Of a stretch of DNA of 64,000 nt, positions 48,948 to 59,476 are shown piece by piece. This DNA is from Candidatus Latescibacterota bacterium (GTDB lineage: Bacteria > Latescibacterota > UBA2968 > UBA8231). The position numbers were made by a program, and so were the translations under genes. The notes below the pieces were generated by a model. That model did no database searches, was not told the DNA's origin, and worked only from the letters and a program-made list of their open reading frames with translations. Position 1 is the stretch's first letter. Every line of letters starts with the position of its first letter. The stretch is from positions 4,448,001-4,512,000 of the forward strand of contig CBDETK010000013.1 of assembly GCA_965242865.1 (NCBI GenBank), in the 5' to 3' direction.

Positions 48948-50543
48948 ATGCACTCGGTTTTGGTGCTGCTCTGTCTGTGGGGCGCGGCCGCGGTCGCCCA
49001 ACCTCGGTACGTGGATGTGGCGGCCGCGGCTGGCATTGAATTCGAGCATCGCAATGGGGCGCGGGGACAGAAGCAATTGCCCGAGACTATGGGGTCGGGC
49101 GTGGCCTTTTTCGACTACGATGGCGACGGCTGGCTCGACCTGTATTGGGTCAATGTCGCAGGCCCGGCCGCGCTCTACCACAACGAGGGAAAGGGCCGTT
49201 TTGCCGAGCGGACGCAAGCGGCCAGCGTGGGGAATTCCGGGTGCGGCATGGGCGCGGTGGCCGCTGACTACGACAACGACGGCAATGTAGATCTGTACGT
49301 CACCTGCTACGGCGCGAACATCCTCTACCGGAACCTCGGCGCTGGCCGCTTTGCCGACGCCACGGCGGTCGCTGGCGTCGGCGATGAGGGCTTCGGCACG
49401 GGCGCGGCCTTTGGCGATTGGGATCTCGACGGCGACTTAGACTTGTACGTAGCCAATTATCTGGACTTCCGCGCCGACCCAGACCGCGCTTGTTTTCGCC
49501 AAGACAGCGTCCGGGTCTATTGCGCCCCGTGGACCTACGCGCCCCAAGCGGATGCGTTCTATCGCAACGATGGCGGCCGCTTTGCCGAAATCGGCGCAAC
49601 CGTGGGGCTTGCTGCAGGGCGAGCGCGGGAGCTCGGCGCGGTCTTTTCCGATTGGGATCTCGATGGCGACTTAGACTTGTTCATCGCGGGCGATGGTACG
49701 CCCAATTTGCTCTACCAAAACGAGGGCGGCCATTTCGCGGAAATGGGGTTGATCGCCGGGGTTTCCCACAATCGGCAGGGCCAATCCGAAGCCGGCATGG
49801 GCGTGGCCGCCGGCGACTACGACAACGACGGGGCCTTTGATTTCTTCGTGACTAATTTTTACTTGGAGACCAATACCTTGTACCGAAACGAGGGCGAGGG
49901 GTTTTTCCGCGACCGGACGACGAGCGCCAAATTGGGCAAGCCCTCGCTGGCATACTTGGCTTGGGGCACGGCTTTCTTCGACTGGGATCTCGACGGCGAC
50001 GAGGACCTGTTCGTGGCGAATGGGCACATCGACGACAACGTAGAACTTTTCGCCGAGACCGCGTACGCGCAGCCCAATCAGTTGTTCCGAAACGACGGCG
50101 TTGCGGGATTTGCCGAGGTCAGCGCCGCAGCCGGGCTTGGAGCGGTACAGTCGAGCCGAGGGGTGGCCTTGGGCGATTGCGACAACGACGGCGACCTCGA
50201 TATTGCAGTGGCCCACATCAATGCGCGGCCCTCGCTCCTGCGCAACGACTTGGGCGGCCAGCGCAACTACTTGGCTGTCCGCACGGTAGGCGTGGATAGC
50301 AACCGCGACGGCGTCGGTGCTCGCATCCGCGTCCGCACCGGGCCTCGCGTCCAAGTGCGCGAAGTGCGCCGCGGCGGCAGCTATCTGTCGAGCCACGACC
50401 CGCGCGTCTTTTTTAGCCTCGGCACCAGCGCGCAAGCCGACGAGGTGGAGATCCGCTGGCCCAGCGGCAAGGTGCAGCGGCTCAACCGAGTGCGGGCCGG
50501 ACAAGTGTTGACCGCAACAGAGCCTTTATGCGCTGGCTGCTAG
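48948..50543 (+). CDS. CRTAC1 family protein (FG-GAP plus ASPIC/UnbV)
   Basis: Same motifs as 2819-4444; ATG at 48948 gives a signal peptide. Confidence 0.92.
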   Translation: MHSVLVLLCLWGAAAVAQPRYVDVAAAAGIEFEHRNGARGQKQLPETMGSGVAFFDYDGDGWLDLYWVNVAGPAALYHNEGKGRFAERTQAASVGNSGCGMGAVAADYDNDGNVDLYVTCYGANILYRNLGAGRFADATAVAGVGDEGFGTGAAFGDWDLDGDLDLYVANYLDFRADPDRACFRQDSVRVYCAPWTYAPQADAFYRNDGGRFAEIGATVGLAAGRARELGAVFSDWDLDGDLDLFIAGDGTPNLLYQNEGGHFAEMGLIAGVSHNRQGQSEAGMGVAAGDYDNDGAFDFFVTNFYLETNTLYRNEGEGFFRDRTTSAKLGKPSLAYLAWGTAFFDWDLDGDEDLFVANGHIDDNVELFAETAYAQPNQLFRNDGVAGFAEVSAAAGLGAVQSSRGVALGDCDNDGDLDIAVAHINARPSLLRNDLGGQRNYLAVRTVGVDSNRDGVGARIRVRTGPRVQVREVRRGGSYLSSHDPRVFFSLGTSAQADEVEIRWPSGKVQRLNRVRAGQVLTATEPLCAGC

Positions 50544-51721
50544 CGATTCTGCTCATCGGCTGCCAAGCACCGGAGCCGCCCCCGGTCGCGGGGCGGGCGT
50601 ACTTTGAGCAGGGGCTTGAACACGCCCAACGCGGGCGTTTCCACGCAGCCATTGCCGCGTACCAGCAAGCGGCCCTGCAGCTGCCGGACGCGCCCCAAAT
50701 CTACTACAACTTGGCCAACGCCTATTTTTCGACCGATGCCCTCGACCGAGCCGAGGCCGCGTACCAAAAAGCCATCGCACTCAAGCCCGACTACGCGGAC
50801 GCGCACTACCAACTCGGCGGCGTGTACATTCGGCAAAAAAAGTACGAGGCGGCCTACGCGCCGCTCCGCGAGGCATTGGCCAGCGATCCCGCGCACCTTG
50901 CCGCGTACCATGCCTTGGGCCTGCTGCACATCCGGCAGGGCGCATACCCAGAGGCCATCGCCCTGTACGAGCGTGCCTTGCAGGTGGATTCGACGCGCTC
51001 GGAGCTCTGGTATCAGCTCGGCCAAGCCCAAGTCAAGCGCGGCGAGCACGAAGCAGCGAAAACGGCCTTTGCCCGTGCGATTGACGCGGACACGACTCAA
51101 GCGGGTGCGTACGCGGGCTTGGGGTCCCTGTACGCGGAGGAGCAGCGCTACGCGGAGGCCGAAGAGCTTTTGCTGCGGGCCGTTGCGCTGCGTCCGTTTT
51201 GGGCGCGTCCTCACTACGACTTGGGGCAGGTGTATATGCGCTTGGGCGAGCGGGAACGGGGCCGTGCGGTGTTGGAGCGATTTGCGCGCCTCGAAGAAGA
51301 GGAAAAGATGATCAGAAGCTTAGAGTTTACGCTCTTGAGCGAGGCCGAGGACGCCCGCCGCCACTACGACTTGGGCGTGCTCTACGGCCAGCGTCGCCAA
51401 TTCGCCAAGGCCACGGCGCGCTACCGCCGCGCACTCGCCCTCGATTCGACCTTTGCCGAGGCGGCCGTGAACTTGGGCAACCTGTACTTGCGCGAGGAGC
51501 GATTCGACGCGGCCCAGCGGCTTTTTGCCCAAGCCCTCGCCGCGGATTCGACCCACGCCACCGCGTACAACAGCCTCGGCAACCTGCACCTGATGCGCCG
51601 GGACTTTGCGGCCGCCCAAGCAGCGTTTGCCAGCGCGGTGCGCTTGGCCCCAGCGGACCGAGGATTCCGCGAAAATTTAGCCATCGCCCAAGGGCTGGCG
51701 GCGGGGGAAGGCAAAAATTAA
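50528..51721 (+). CDS. TPR lipoprotein
   Basis: LLIGC lipobox; TPR array paralogous to 1452-2822. Confidence 0.9.
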   Translation: MRWLLAILLIGCQAPEPPPVAGRAYFEQGLEHAQRGRFHAAIAAYQQAALQLPDAPQIYYNLANAYFSTDALDRAEAAYQKAIALKPDYADAHYQLGGVYIRQKKYEAAYAPLREALASDPAHLAAYHALGLLHIRQGAYPEAIALYERALQVDSTRSELWYQLGQAQVKRGEHEAAKTAFARAIDADTTQAGAYAGLGSLYAEEQRYAEAEELLLRAVALRPFWARPHYDLGQVYMRLGERERGRAVLERFARLEEEEKMIRSLEFTLLSEAEDARRHYDLGVLYGQRRQFAKATARYRRALALDSTFAEAAVNLGNLYLREERFDAAQRLFAQALAADSTHATAYNSLGNLHLMRRDFAAAQAAFASAVRLAPADRGFRENLAIAQGLAAGEGKN

Positions 51722-51729
51722 GGGGCTGT

Positions 51730-51750
51730 TACTATAAATTATTTATAGTA
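51730..51750. promoter_or_regulatory. Perfect palindrome (operator candidate) upstream of the AlbA/RecG-like gene
   Basis: TACTATAAAT-T-ATTTATAGTA. Confidence 0.65.
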
Positions 51751-51782
51751 TGATATAGTAAAAGCGATGGGGACTCCGAGTT

Positions 51783-53283
51783 ATGCTGCCGCCGATTGAG
51801 AATCTATTAACGCTGCCGCCGGATGCAGCCACCGAGCGGCTGTTGGCCGAGCCGGAAGGGCAATGGTTTGACCGCAAAAGTGCGCGTATTTCAGCCCGCA
51901 GCTTGGCTGAAACCTTGGTCGCACTGGCGAATGCCGAGGGGGGAGTTATTGCCGTCGGCTTTCGCGCCGGTGCTTGCGAGGGGATCGACGACCGCCCCCA
52001 GGCGCAGAATGAGTGGCGACAGGCCGGGGTTAATTTGACGCTGCCGCCGGTGCGCTTTGAGCCGATTCTGTTGCCGTGCATCAATGCCAAGGGCGCGCCG
52101 GACCACGCGCTGTTGTTAGCCATACCTCCGAGCAGTCAGGTGCATAGCACGACCCGCGACGAGGTTTTCCTGCGCACCGGCGATGAAAACCGCCGGTTGT
52201 CCTTTGAGCAGCGCATTGAATTTCAATACGACCGCGGGGATACTAGTTTTGAAATCACGCCCGCAAGCATCTACGGGCCTTGTTCGCTCGACTTAGACAG
52301 CGTAGCCGCCTACGCCGAACAGCTGGGGCATCCAGACCCGCAGCGGCTATTGCAAGCACGCGACTTGGTCGGCCTCGATGGAGAAACGCACACCGCGGGG
52401 GCATTGCTGTTTGCGACCGAGCCGCAAAGGGCGTTTCCCCAAGCCTTTGTCAGGGTACTGAAATACGCCGGGCGCGAGCGGCGCACGGGCCACGAGCAGA
52501 ACCTAATCAGCGACACCCGCTGCGTGGGACGGTTGCCGCAGCAGATCGACGCGGCGCGTCAGGCCATGCGCGAGGCCGTGCCCAAGCGCAAGTCTTTGGG
52601 GCCGGATGGACGTTTTGGCTGGTTTGGCATCGTGCCAGAAGAGGTTTGGCTAGAAGCGCTCGTGAACGCAGTCATTCATCGCGCGTACAGCAACTTCGGC
52701 GACCACATCCGATTGGCCGTGTTCGACGATAGGGTCGAGGTGTCTAGTCCGGGCCGATTCCCCGGAATAACGCCCCTAGGCGACTTGCTAAAGGTGCGGC
52801 GGTTTGCGCGCAATCCCCGCATTGCGCGGGTAATGACGGACTTGTCGTATCGTCAGGAATTGGGAGAAGGGTTGCGCCGCATGGTGGCCGTGATGGAAGC
52901 AAGTGGGCGGCAGCGGCCGGTGGTCAGGCAGTTGGCGGGCGGCGTCGAGATAGCGCTGTCCGGTGCGCTAATCCAGCCGGATGAACTGCGCGGGATGCCC
53001 GAGGCAGCGCGCCATTTATTTGAACAGATCGCGCTGGCTGGCCGGTTGCGGACCGGCGAGCCAGCCGGATGAACTGCGCGGGATGCCCGAGGCAGCGCGC
53101 CATTTATTTGAACAGATCGCGCTGGCTGGCCGGTTGCGGACCGGCGAGTTGGTGGCGTTGACTGGCTACTCGCGTCCGGTGGTATTGAGGAATTTGTCCG
53201 CCTTGACCGCTCGGGGCTTGGTGCGGCACGTGGGCCACAGCGCGACAGACCCGCAGGCGTATTGGACGGCAGCACTCATGTAG
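51783..53283 (+). pseudogene. AlbA_2 (Schlafen) plus HATPase_c_4 plus HTH protein, frameshifted by an 88-bp duplication
   Basis: EGQWFDRKS, ALANAEGG, EALVNAVIHRAY, SSPG and RNP motifs; stop at 53072; the HTH continues in another frame to 53283. Confidence 0.85.
52973..53148. repeat. Exact 88-bp tandem duplication
   Basis: 52973-53060 is identical to 53061-53148. Confidence 0.97.
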
Positions 53284-53296
53284 TACAGAAAGAGGA

Positions 53297-54583
53297 TCAG
53301 GCCGCGGCCAGTTCTTTCATCGCGGCGACGAATTGATCCAATTCATAAGGCGTCGTGTATATGTTCGGGCAAATGCGGACCGCCCCGAGATACCCCGGCG
53401 GCACGGTGAAAATTTTGTAGGTGTCGTATAGGGCGTTGGTAATAGCGGCGGGATCGCGTCCTTGGATGCCAACGGTGGCAATGGCACACGAGCGATGGGC
53501 CTCGCGGGGCGTGTAGAAGACGACATTGGGCACGTCGAGCAGGCGATCGACCCAGTAGTTTTTGATGTAGCGCAAGCGCGCTTCTTTGCGCTCCAAGCCG
53601 ATGGTTTGGTTGAAGCGGATGGCCTCGGCCAAGGCCCGTTGCAAGTAGGCCGGGTACGTGCCGATGTGGGCAAACTTGCGGATCGAGTCCGAGGCGTACC
53701 CAGCGTCGCCGAACAGCGGCCACACGTTGGCGATCTTTTCCTTTTTAATGTACAGTACGCCCGTGCCCAGCGGTGCCAACATCCACTTGTGCAAACTGGC
53801 TCCGTAGTAATCGCAGTGTAGATCGGGGATTTTGGCGGCCAAATGGGCAAAGGCATGGGCGCCATCGACGATGACTTCCACTCCGTGCTCGTGGGCCATG
53901 TCGCAGATTGTGCGCACGGGCAGCACTTGGCCGGTTAAATAGACGATGTGGGAGACGAGGATCACTTTGGTGCGCGGCGTAATGGCCCTTTTGTAGGCCG
54001 CGACGATCGCGGCATCGTCCATAGAAGTGATGGGCAGGTCGAGCACTTTGTTGACGATGCCTTCGCGGGCGGCGCGTTGCTCAAACGCGACCTTCATGCT
54101 GCCGTATTCGTAGGTTCCCCACAAGGCTTCGTCGCCGGGTTGCAGCTTCAGCCCCATGATGACGATGTTGAGCGATTCGGTCGTGTTGCGCGTCAGGAGG
54201 ATTTCTTCATCCGAACAACCGGCAAAGCGCGCTAGCAATTGATGGCTCGCACGGGTGTCGTCCGCCAGTTTGCGCCGCATGTAAAACGAGGGAATCTCAT
54301 TGATAGCGCGGGCATTTTTGCACACCTCATCAATCCCGGCTTCTGGTTGCGGACTGAAATAGCCGTTCTCAAAGTTGATAAACTGGGGCGACAAATTGAA
54401 CGCGCCGCGCACGCTGTACCAAAAAGATTCGTCCAATGCACTGGCTTCGGGCGAGGCTGGGCCGAGGCGTTCGGTGGCCGCGTGGACCTTTTGCTGGCTG
54501 TCGGCGGCCCATAAGGACGCCGTGGTCGCGCCGAGAGTGAGGGTGCCGGCCTTTCTAAAAAAGTCCCTTCGCGAATCGGTCAT
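53297..54583 (-). CDS. Tat-exported class V PLP aminotransferase (isopenicillin-N epimerase-like)
   Basis: SRRDFF Tat motif; VDGAHAFA; SLHKWML. Confidence 0.9.
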   Translation of the reverse strand: MTDSRRDFFRKAGTLTLGATTASLWAADSQQKVHAATERLGPASPEASALDESFWYSVRGAFNLSPQFINFENGYFSPQPEAGIDEVCKNARAINEIPSFYMRRKLADDTRASHQLLARFAGCSDEEILLTRNTTESLNIVIMGLKLQPGDEALWGTYEYGSMKVAFEQRAAREGIVNKVLDLPITSMDDAAIVAAYKRAITPRTKVILVSHIVYLTGQVLPVRTICDMAHEHGVEVIVDGAHAFAHLAAKIPDLHCDYYGASLHKWMLAPLGTGVLYIKKEKIANVWPLFGDAGYASDSIRKFAHIGTYPAYLQRALAEAIRFNQTIGLERKEARLRYIKNYWVDRLLDVPNVVFYTPREAHRSCAIATVGIQGRDPAAITNALYDTYKIFTVPPGYLGAVRICPNIYTTPYELDQFVAAMKELAAA

Positions 54584-54753
54584 TTTCGTGCTCCGTGCGT
54601 TGTGATAGGTGGTGGATCAACCAGCTAAAAGCCGCGTGGCTTTCTTCCCCGAACCTAGCACAAGCGTCCTGCATGTCAAGCACTCGTCGTCCGGTCCGGT
54701 CCATTGTAACATTCCATATCTTTGCTACTCAACCTCTCAGAAAGGAACGCATC

Positions 54754-55716
54754 ATGTCTGACTTGAAAGTAGCGGTCATCGGCTGCGGCGGCCACGCCCA
54801 GTCTCACTTCCGCATGATTGCCGACGAGCCGCGGCTGCGCTTGGTGGGCATTGCCGAGCTAGACGAGGAGCGGCGGCGCAAAAACCAAGCCGACTGGGGG
54901 CCGCAACACGCCTTTGCCGACTATCGGGAGCTGCTCGATGTCTGTCGGCCGGAGGTCGTGCATGTAGTCACCATGCCCGGCCACTTGCTGCCCATTGTGC
55001 TCGATTGCTTGGAGCGCGGGCTGCACACCTCTGTGGAGAAAGCACCGGGGATGACCTCGGCCGAGACCGCGCAAATGGCCGAAGCGGCCCGGCAAAGCGC
55101 GGGCAAGGCCCTCGTATCCTTTAACCGGCGTTACTTTCCCCAAGTGCTAGCCGTGCGGCAGCGCGTCCGGGCGGCCGGGGGTGCCGTGCATTGCGCCGCC
55201 ACGTACAACAAGCCGGTGACCCTGTTGGGGCCGGCGACGCCCGATCCGGTGATCTGCGACGCCATTCACCACGTCGATCTGCTGCGCTGGCTAGCGGGTC
55301 GCAGCGCGGTGGAAGCGGCCATGCCGGTGGAGGTGCTGGGGATGGTGCAAGACGGCGTGCGGCCCGGATGCCATCGGCACAACGCGGTCGTGCGTTTCGA
55401 CACGGGCACCTTTGGCACCATGATGAGCCACTACGGCGTGGGCTATCGCATTCAGCGGGCCGAAGTACACGGCGAGGATTTGTCGATCTATTTGGATATG
55501 ACCCGGGGGCCGCAGGTGGAGGGGTATGACGCGGGGCGGGCCTTTACCGTAGAGGCCGAGGAGATGGAGGCGGTGGGCGGGGCGGGCTTCAACGAGGTCG
55601 TCCACTTTGTCGATTGCATTTTGGAGGATCGCACACCGTGGTCGAGCTTGGACGACGCCGTGCATACCATGCGCTTGTGCGAGGCCATTCGCCGAGGGCA
55701 TCGGGGGGCGTTGTAG
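54754..55716 (+). CDS. Gfo/Idh/MocA family oxidoreductase
   Basis: KVAVIGCGG, VEKAPG, FNRRY and DAIHHVD. Confidence 0.9.
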   Translation: MSDLKVAVIGCGGHAQSHFRMIADEPRLRLVGIAELDEERRRKNQADWGPQHAFADYRELLDVCRPEVVHVVTMPGHLLPIVLDCLERGLHTSVEKAPGMTSAETAQMAEAARQSAGKALVSFNRRYFPQVLAVRQRVRAAGGAVHCAATYNKPVTLLGPATPDPVICDAIHHVDLLRWLAGRSAVEAAMPVEVLGMVQDGVRPGCHRHNAVVRFDTGTFGTMMSHYGVGYRIQRAEVHGEDLSIYLDMTRGPQVEGYDAGRAFTVEAEEMEAVGGAGFNEVVHFVDCILEDRTPWSSLDDAVHTMRLCEAIRRGHRGAL

Positions 55717-55770
55717 GACCGGCGTGGGTTAGTCGCGCCCCGTAATTTTCCCGATGCTTTGCAATGCTTA

Positions 55771-56319
55771 TTAAGCAAATATATCGCGCACCGGCAGGGT
55801 CCAGTTCGGCACGACTTCGCCGCTGTCGAGTACGTCGTCCATGGTCAAGATGCGGATGTCGCTCCGCGAGCGGTACAGATCGACCGTTTGGGTGCTTGGA
55901 TTGACGACCACGACCAAGCGGGTGCCCGCATCGAGCCAATCGGCGATTTTGTCTTGGACCTCGGCGTAGGTATCACCCGGTGAGACGACCTCGGCCGCCA
56001 AGTCGGGGGCACCGGGCCAAAAGCCCGCGGTTCGGCCCACCTCTTCAACCCGTTCGCGCCGGATGAAGGCCGCGTCTGGAGCGCGCACTACATCGGGATT
56101 CACGGCCAGTTTGAAGCCGGTTCCGGCCGCATAGACCGCACCCAGGTTATGCGTCTTTACGTGTTGGAAAAGCGGCCCGGTCAAATTGAGCGCGATTCTG
56201 CCGTGTTGGTGGCCGGCTGGACTCATCTTTATCAATTCTCCTTGGACCAGTTCATAGCGGAAGCCATCGTCCTTCCTCTGCAACAACTCGTTGGCGGTGA
56301 TCAAATCGGTAATCGTCAT
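55771..56319 (-). CDS. Uma2 family endonuclease
   Basis: RYELVQGEL, VRAPDAAFI and APDLAAEVVSP. Confidence 0.92.
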   Translation of the reverse strand: MTITDLITANELLQRKDDGFRYELVQGELIKMSPAGHQHGRIALNLTGPLFQHVKTHNLGAVYAAGTGFKLAVNPDVVRAPDAAFIRRERVEEVGRTAGFWPGAPDLAAEVVSPGDTYAEVQDKIADWLDAGTRLVVVVNPSTQTVDLYRSRSDIRILTMDDVLDSGEVVPNWTLPVRDIFA

Positions 56320-56568
56320 GGGAATCTCCACAAAGACAGTGGGAAGGAACCCCCCCGGAAAAAGCAAAAGCCACTCCAAAGAGCGGTCCTTGCGCCGACA
56401 GCACGCGGCCGACGGGCATCTGCATATAGCTTACGGCGAGGGCGATCCACTTACAAGAATTTGTTGATTTCCCGCCCATTAGGCCACTAACTGAACGCAC
56501 AGAGTGCCCTCCGGTTGGTTGGCCGAAATAAATCCAAATCCTTCATTGCCCCCCGCGAAGTATTCCTA

Positions 56569-56917
56569 TATAGCAATTCTAAATTATTTAAGAGCGGCTG
56601 ACAAATAGGACGGCGAGCCTTTATAGCCTAAGCGCAAGCATTCGACCCCCTCAGATAGATACCGCTTCTTCCACGTACGGATGAACCCCGACGGAACGCC
56701 GAGCACCGCTTGAATCATACCTTGTTTGACCCCCAACAGAGTCATCTGAACCGCGACTGCACGTTTGAGTTCGCGAACATCGGGGTTGCTGGCGATAAAA
56801 TCGGATAAAGAACGATCAGAAACTAGCTGAAAACACTCCTGAAAAAGGGACGATAGAAAACGAAACGACAACATAAAAAGAAAACCTTAACCTTTCAAGG
56901 CATTTCGGATTGCTATA
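56569..56917 (-). mobile_element. Internally deleted IS630-family element with both terminal inverted repeats
   Basis: TATAGCAATTCTAAAT and ATTTCGGATTGCTATA (14/16 inverted match including terminal TA); encodes only an HTH fragment (RELKRAVAVQM...LRLGYKGS). Confidence 0.8.
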
Positions 56918-57478
56918 ACTGTTTGGCTAGTGCTAATCTTTCGTGTGCAATTAGGGGGTCATCTGGTTTTTGTTTAGGTTATTTATGAGGGCGAGAGCTT
57001 TATGTAGGGGTTTGGGACTTATGGAATTTTTGATAAGCAGGGCCTCTAATTCAGGTTCTAGTCGCTTTAGATCTATTTTTTTGCCGTTGGTACAAGGCTT
57101 AAAAAGAGGGTAATCTTCGATCCCTTCTCTTTTTAATTGAACCTCTACCTCTTCGGCAACGCTCTTGGCATGTCTAACAAGATTATCGGGATCTATATCC
57201 CACCGGACCTTAGTTTGCGCGGCGAACTGTACCACGGGATTGGCTTCTAAGCCAGTGCTCGGAATGCCATTCTTCTTGCATTCAACCAACGTTGTTCCCG
57301 TGCCGCAAAATGGGTCCAGCACCCAGTGGCGTCTTGTCAGGCCAAACGTATCAATATAACGACGAACTAAGTGCGGCGGATAGGAAAGAACAAATCGATA
57401 CCATTCGTGGATAGACAAATCTTCCGCGTAAATCCGGTTTAACTCCTCCCCGGCTTTAGCTTGTACTGCATATACCAT
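56918..57478 (-). pseudogene. Truncated, frameshifted duplicate of the MTase at 59477-60793
   Basis: Near-identical sequence at offset 3315; 1-bp deletion in a T tract near 56970; ends at the IS630 boundary. Confidence 0.93.
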
Positions 57479-57491
57479 TTCTTTATCTTTC

Positions 57492-57647
57492 CTACTCTTC
57501 GACAGAAGACTCTATTGTCTCGCCGAGACTGTAAACAGGGGATAATTCGCCAATCATATCGCTCATCTTCTGTCTGTCAGACGAGTTTTCCAACAACTGG
57601 CTAAAATCCGCCAAACTCATTATAATTGCCTGCGGTACGATTGACAA
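57492..57647 (-). pseudogene. 3' fragment duplicate of the Phd-like gene at 60807-61058
   Basis: Matches about 60807-60970; the 5' end is missing. Confidence 0.9.
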
Positions 57648-57666
57648 ATAAATCAACGAGGTCGCC

Positions 57667-58485
57667 TTGAACTCACTATTTCGCCATCTAGCCCCGTCCG
57701 CAGCCGACTTGGACTCCTTCCACCGAGATGGCTACATCTTCTACCCAGACGTACTCAAGGACGAGGCTCGGCGCAGCCTAACCAACGAAATCCTCGGCCT
57801 CGAATCGGTGCATCGCTACCTCAGCGTCTTGAGCGAAAAACCCGCCGCGCCCCAATCCTACTTCGTCCGCCCTTGGAACGACCGCGGCCCATGCGGCGAC
57901 CGCCTCATTGACGATCCCTTTGTCACTGCGCTGCTGCAAGCCACCATCGGCCCAAGCTACCACTTCTGCCACTCCGCCCTCAACCTCGCCCCGCGCAGCA
58001 TAGGCCCCATTCCCTATCACCAAGACCACCACCACTGGAAGCACGAAAACCCCCTCAACCTCGCCGAACGCGACAAGTACTACATCCAAATTCTCTACTA
58101 TCCCAATGGCTTCGCGCTCGGCGACCGCAACCTCAAGATCATTCCCGGCAGCCACCGCGTCGCCCCGACCGCAGAGGCCACGCCTGAGCGCATGCTAGCC
58201 GGGGCATACGACGCAGAGGCTGGGCGCGAACTAAAGGAAGTGCGGCTTGCAGTGCCGCCAGGCAGCATGGTCTATATCAACGCCCGGATCTTCCACGCGG
58301 TTGAAGCTAAACCCGCAGACTCCCCCCAGCTCTATCGCATCTTCAACATCGACATCTTCAAAGAAGCCGGGCCGCCGCATCGCTATACGCAGGCCATCCC
58401 GCCCGAGTGGATTGCACGCGCCAGTCCTCAACGCAAAAAACTCTTTCTCCGCGAGCCTTATACCGAGGGATGCTGGGCGGCCTGA
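57667..58485 (+). CDS. PhyH family Fe(II)/2OG dioxygenase
   Basis: FHRDGY, YHQD, IIPGSH and PGSMVY...FH. Confidence 0.9.
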   Translation: MNSLFRHLAPSAADLDSFHRDGYIFYPDVLKDEARRSLTNEILGLESVHRYLSVLSEKPAAPQSYFVRPWNDRGPCGDRLIDDPFVTALLQATIGPSYHFCHSALNLAPRSIGPIPYHQDHHHWKHENPLNLAERDKYYIQILYYPNGFALGDRNLKIIPGSHRVAPTAEATPERMLAGAYDAEAGRELKEVRLAVPPGSMVYINARIFHAVEAKPADSPQLYRIFNIDIFKEAGPPHRYTQAIPPEWIARASPQRKKLFLREPYTEGCWAA

Positions 58486-58531
58486 GCACTTAGGCCAGTA
58501 CCTCGACCCAAGCCACTATAGGAGCCTTACC

Positions 58532-58573
58532 ATGAGCACGGCGACTACCCTTGGAATGAGCGGGGCCGCCATT
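58532..58573 (+). pseudogene. Collapsed remnant of the 61419 oxidoreductase gene
   Basis: ATGAG joined directly to CACGGCGACTACCCTTGGAA.GAGCGGGGCCGCCATT, which matches 61689-61725. Confidence 0.85.
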
Positions 58574-58660
58574 AACCACACTTTGCTTTACTGCCTCGTC
58601 TTGGGGGCCTTCCTGTTGCTGACGGCTCCCGCGACCACCCGCATGAAGGAGGTATAATCT

Positions 58661-59476
58661 ATGAGGAGCAATTACAATAAACCCGCAGCACTTGAACATA
58701 TATTTAACCGGAAATACGACCCCGGCAATCCGCAACCGGAAATACTGTTTACGCACGACGACGTGAGAGATGCGATTGTGGCGACAGGCGGTCGAGTTCC
58801 GTCGAACTTAAACAATTTTGTGAAAGACCTTACTCGGTCGGGGAATTCAGACGCGAGAAGTCCTGCTGCTAGGCAAGCAGGTTATTTTTTACGGGAGGCA
58901 GTTCACAGTGGTTCAATCGGTGTCTTCTTCAGAGATAGCGGCCCTGCTAGAGGCGCAATTTCTATATCTTGTCCCAAGGACTTAGCAGCCAAACCCATTC
59001 ACGTTGAGATTCCGCCTGATATACTCGACCTCCTGCGTCCCGATGAAGGCGGCTTGTTAGCCTCTATAGAATACGGATGCATTCTCGATGATTTTTTTGC
59101 TGTCCCCAAAGGAACGATAAGGCGCGTTCAAGCCCCAGTAAAAGTGCAGCCCCATGAATTAGATAGCCTTTTCGTAAGAAAAAAAGGAAATCGTCGTATC
59201 CTGATTCCCTGTGAAGCAAAATCCAAAGGAAACGATGTAATTACCCTAAATCAGATAGTGGGCATAGCCGCGGCAACCTTGCAACGACTTATGGAAGACG
59301 ACATGGATTTCATAGTTCCACTAGGGATAAAACTCGAGAGCAACGGGGACCTCTTTCTCGCAGAATTTCCCGAGTGCAACTCAAGCGATCTATTGGAGCT
59401 AAACTCAAAACTCGTCGCCTCTTCCGTTGTAAGACAGGCCCGTTACACGCTGGTTCCTAAGCCGCCAAAGTGGTAA
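58661..59476 (+). CDS. Putative type II restriction endonuclease (PD-(D/E)xK)
   Basis: ELDSLF...IPCEAKSK; low GC; converges on the MTase; AAGGAGG RBS. Confidence 0.7.
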   Translation: MRSNYNKPAALEHIFNRKYDPGNPQPEILFTHDDVRDAIVATGGRVPSNLNNFVKDLTRSGNSDARSPAARQAGYFLREAVHSGSIGVFFRDSGPARGAISISCPKDLAAKPIHVEIPPDILDLLRPDEGGLLASIEYGCILDDFFAVPKGTIRRVQAPVKVQPHELDSLFVRKKGNRRILIPCEAKSKGNDVITLNQIVGIAAATLQRLMEDDMDFIVPLGIKLESNGDLFLAEFPECNSSDLLELNSKLVASSVVRQARYTLVPKPPKW

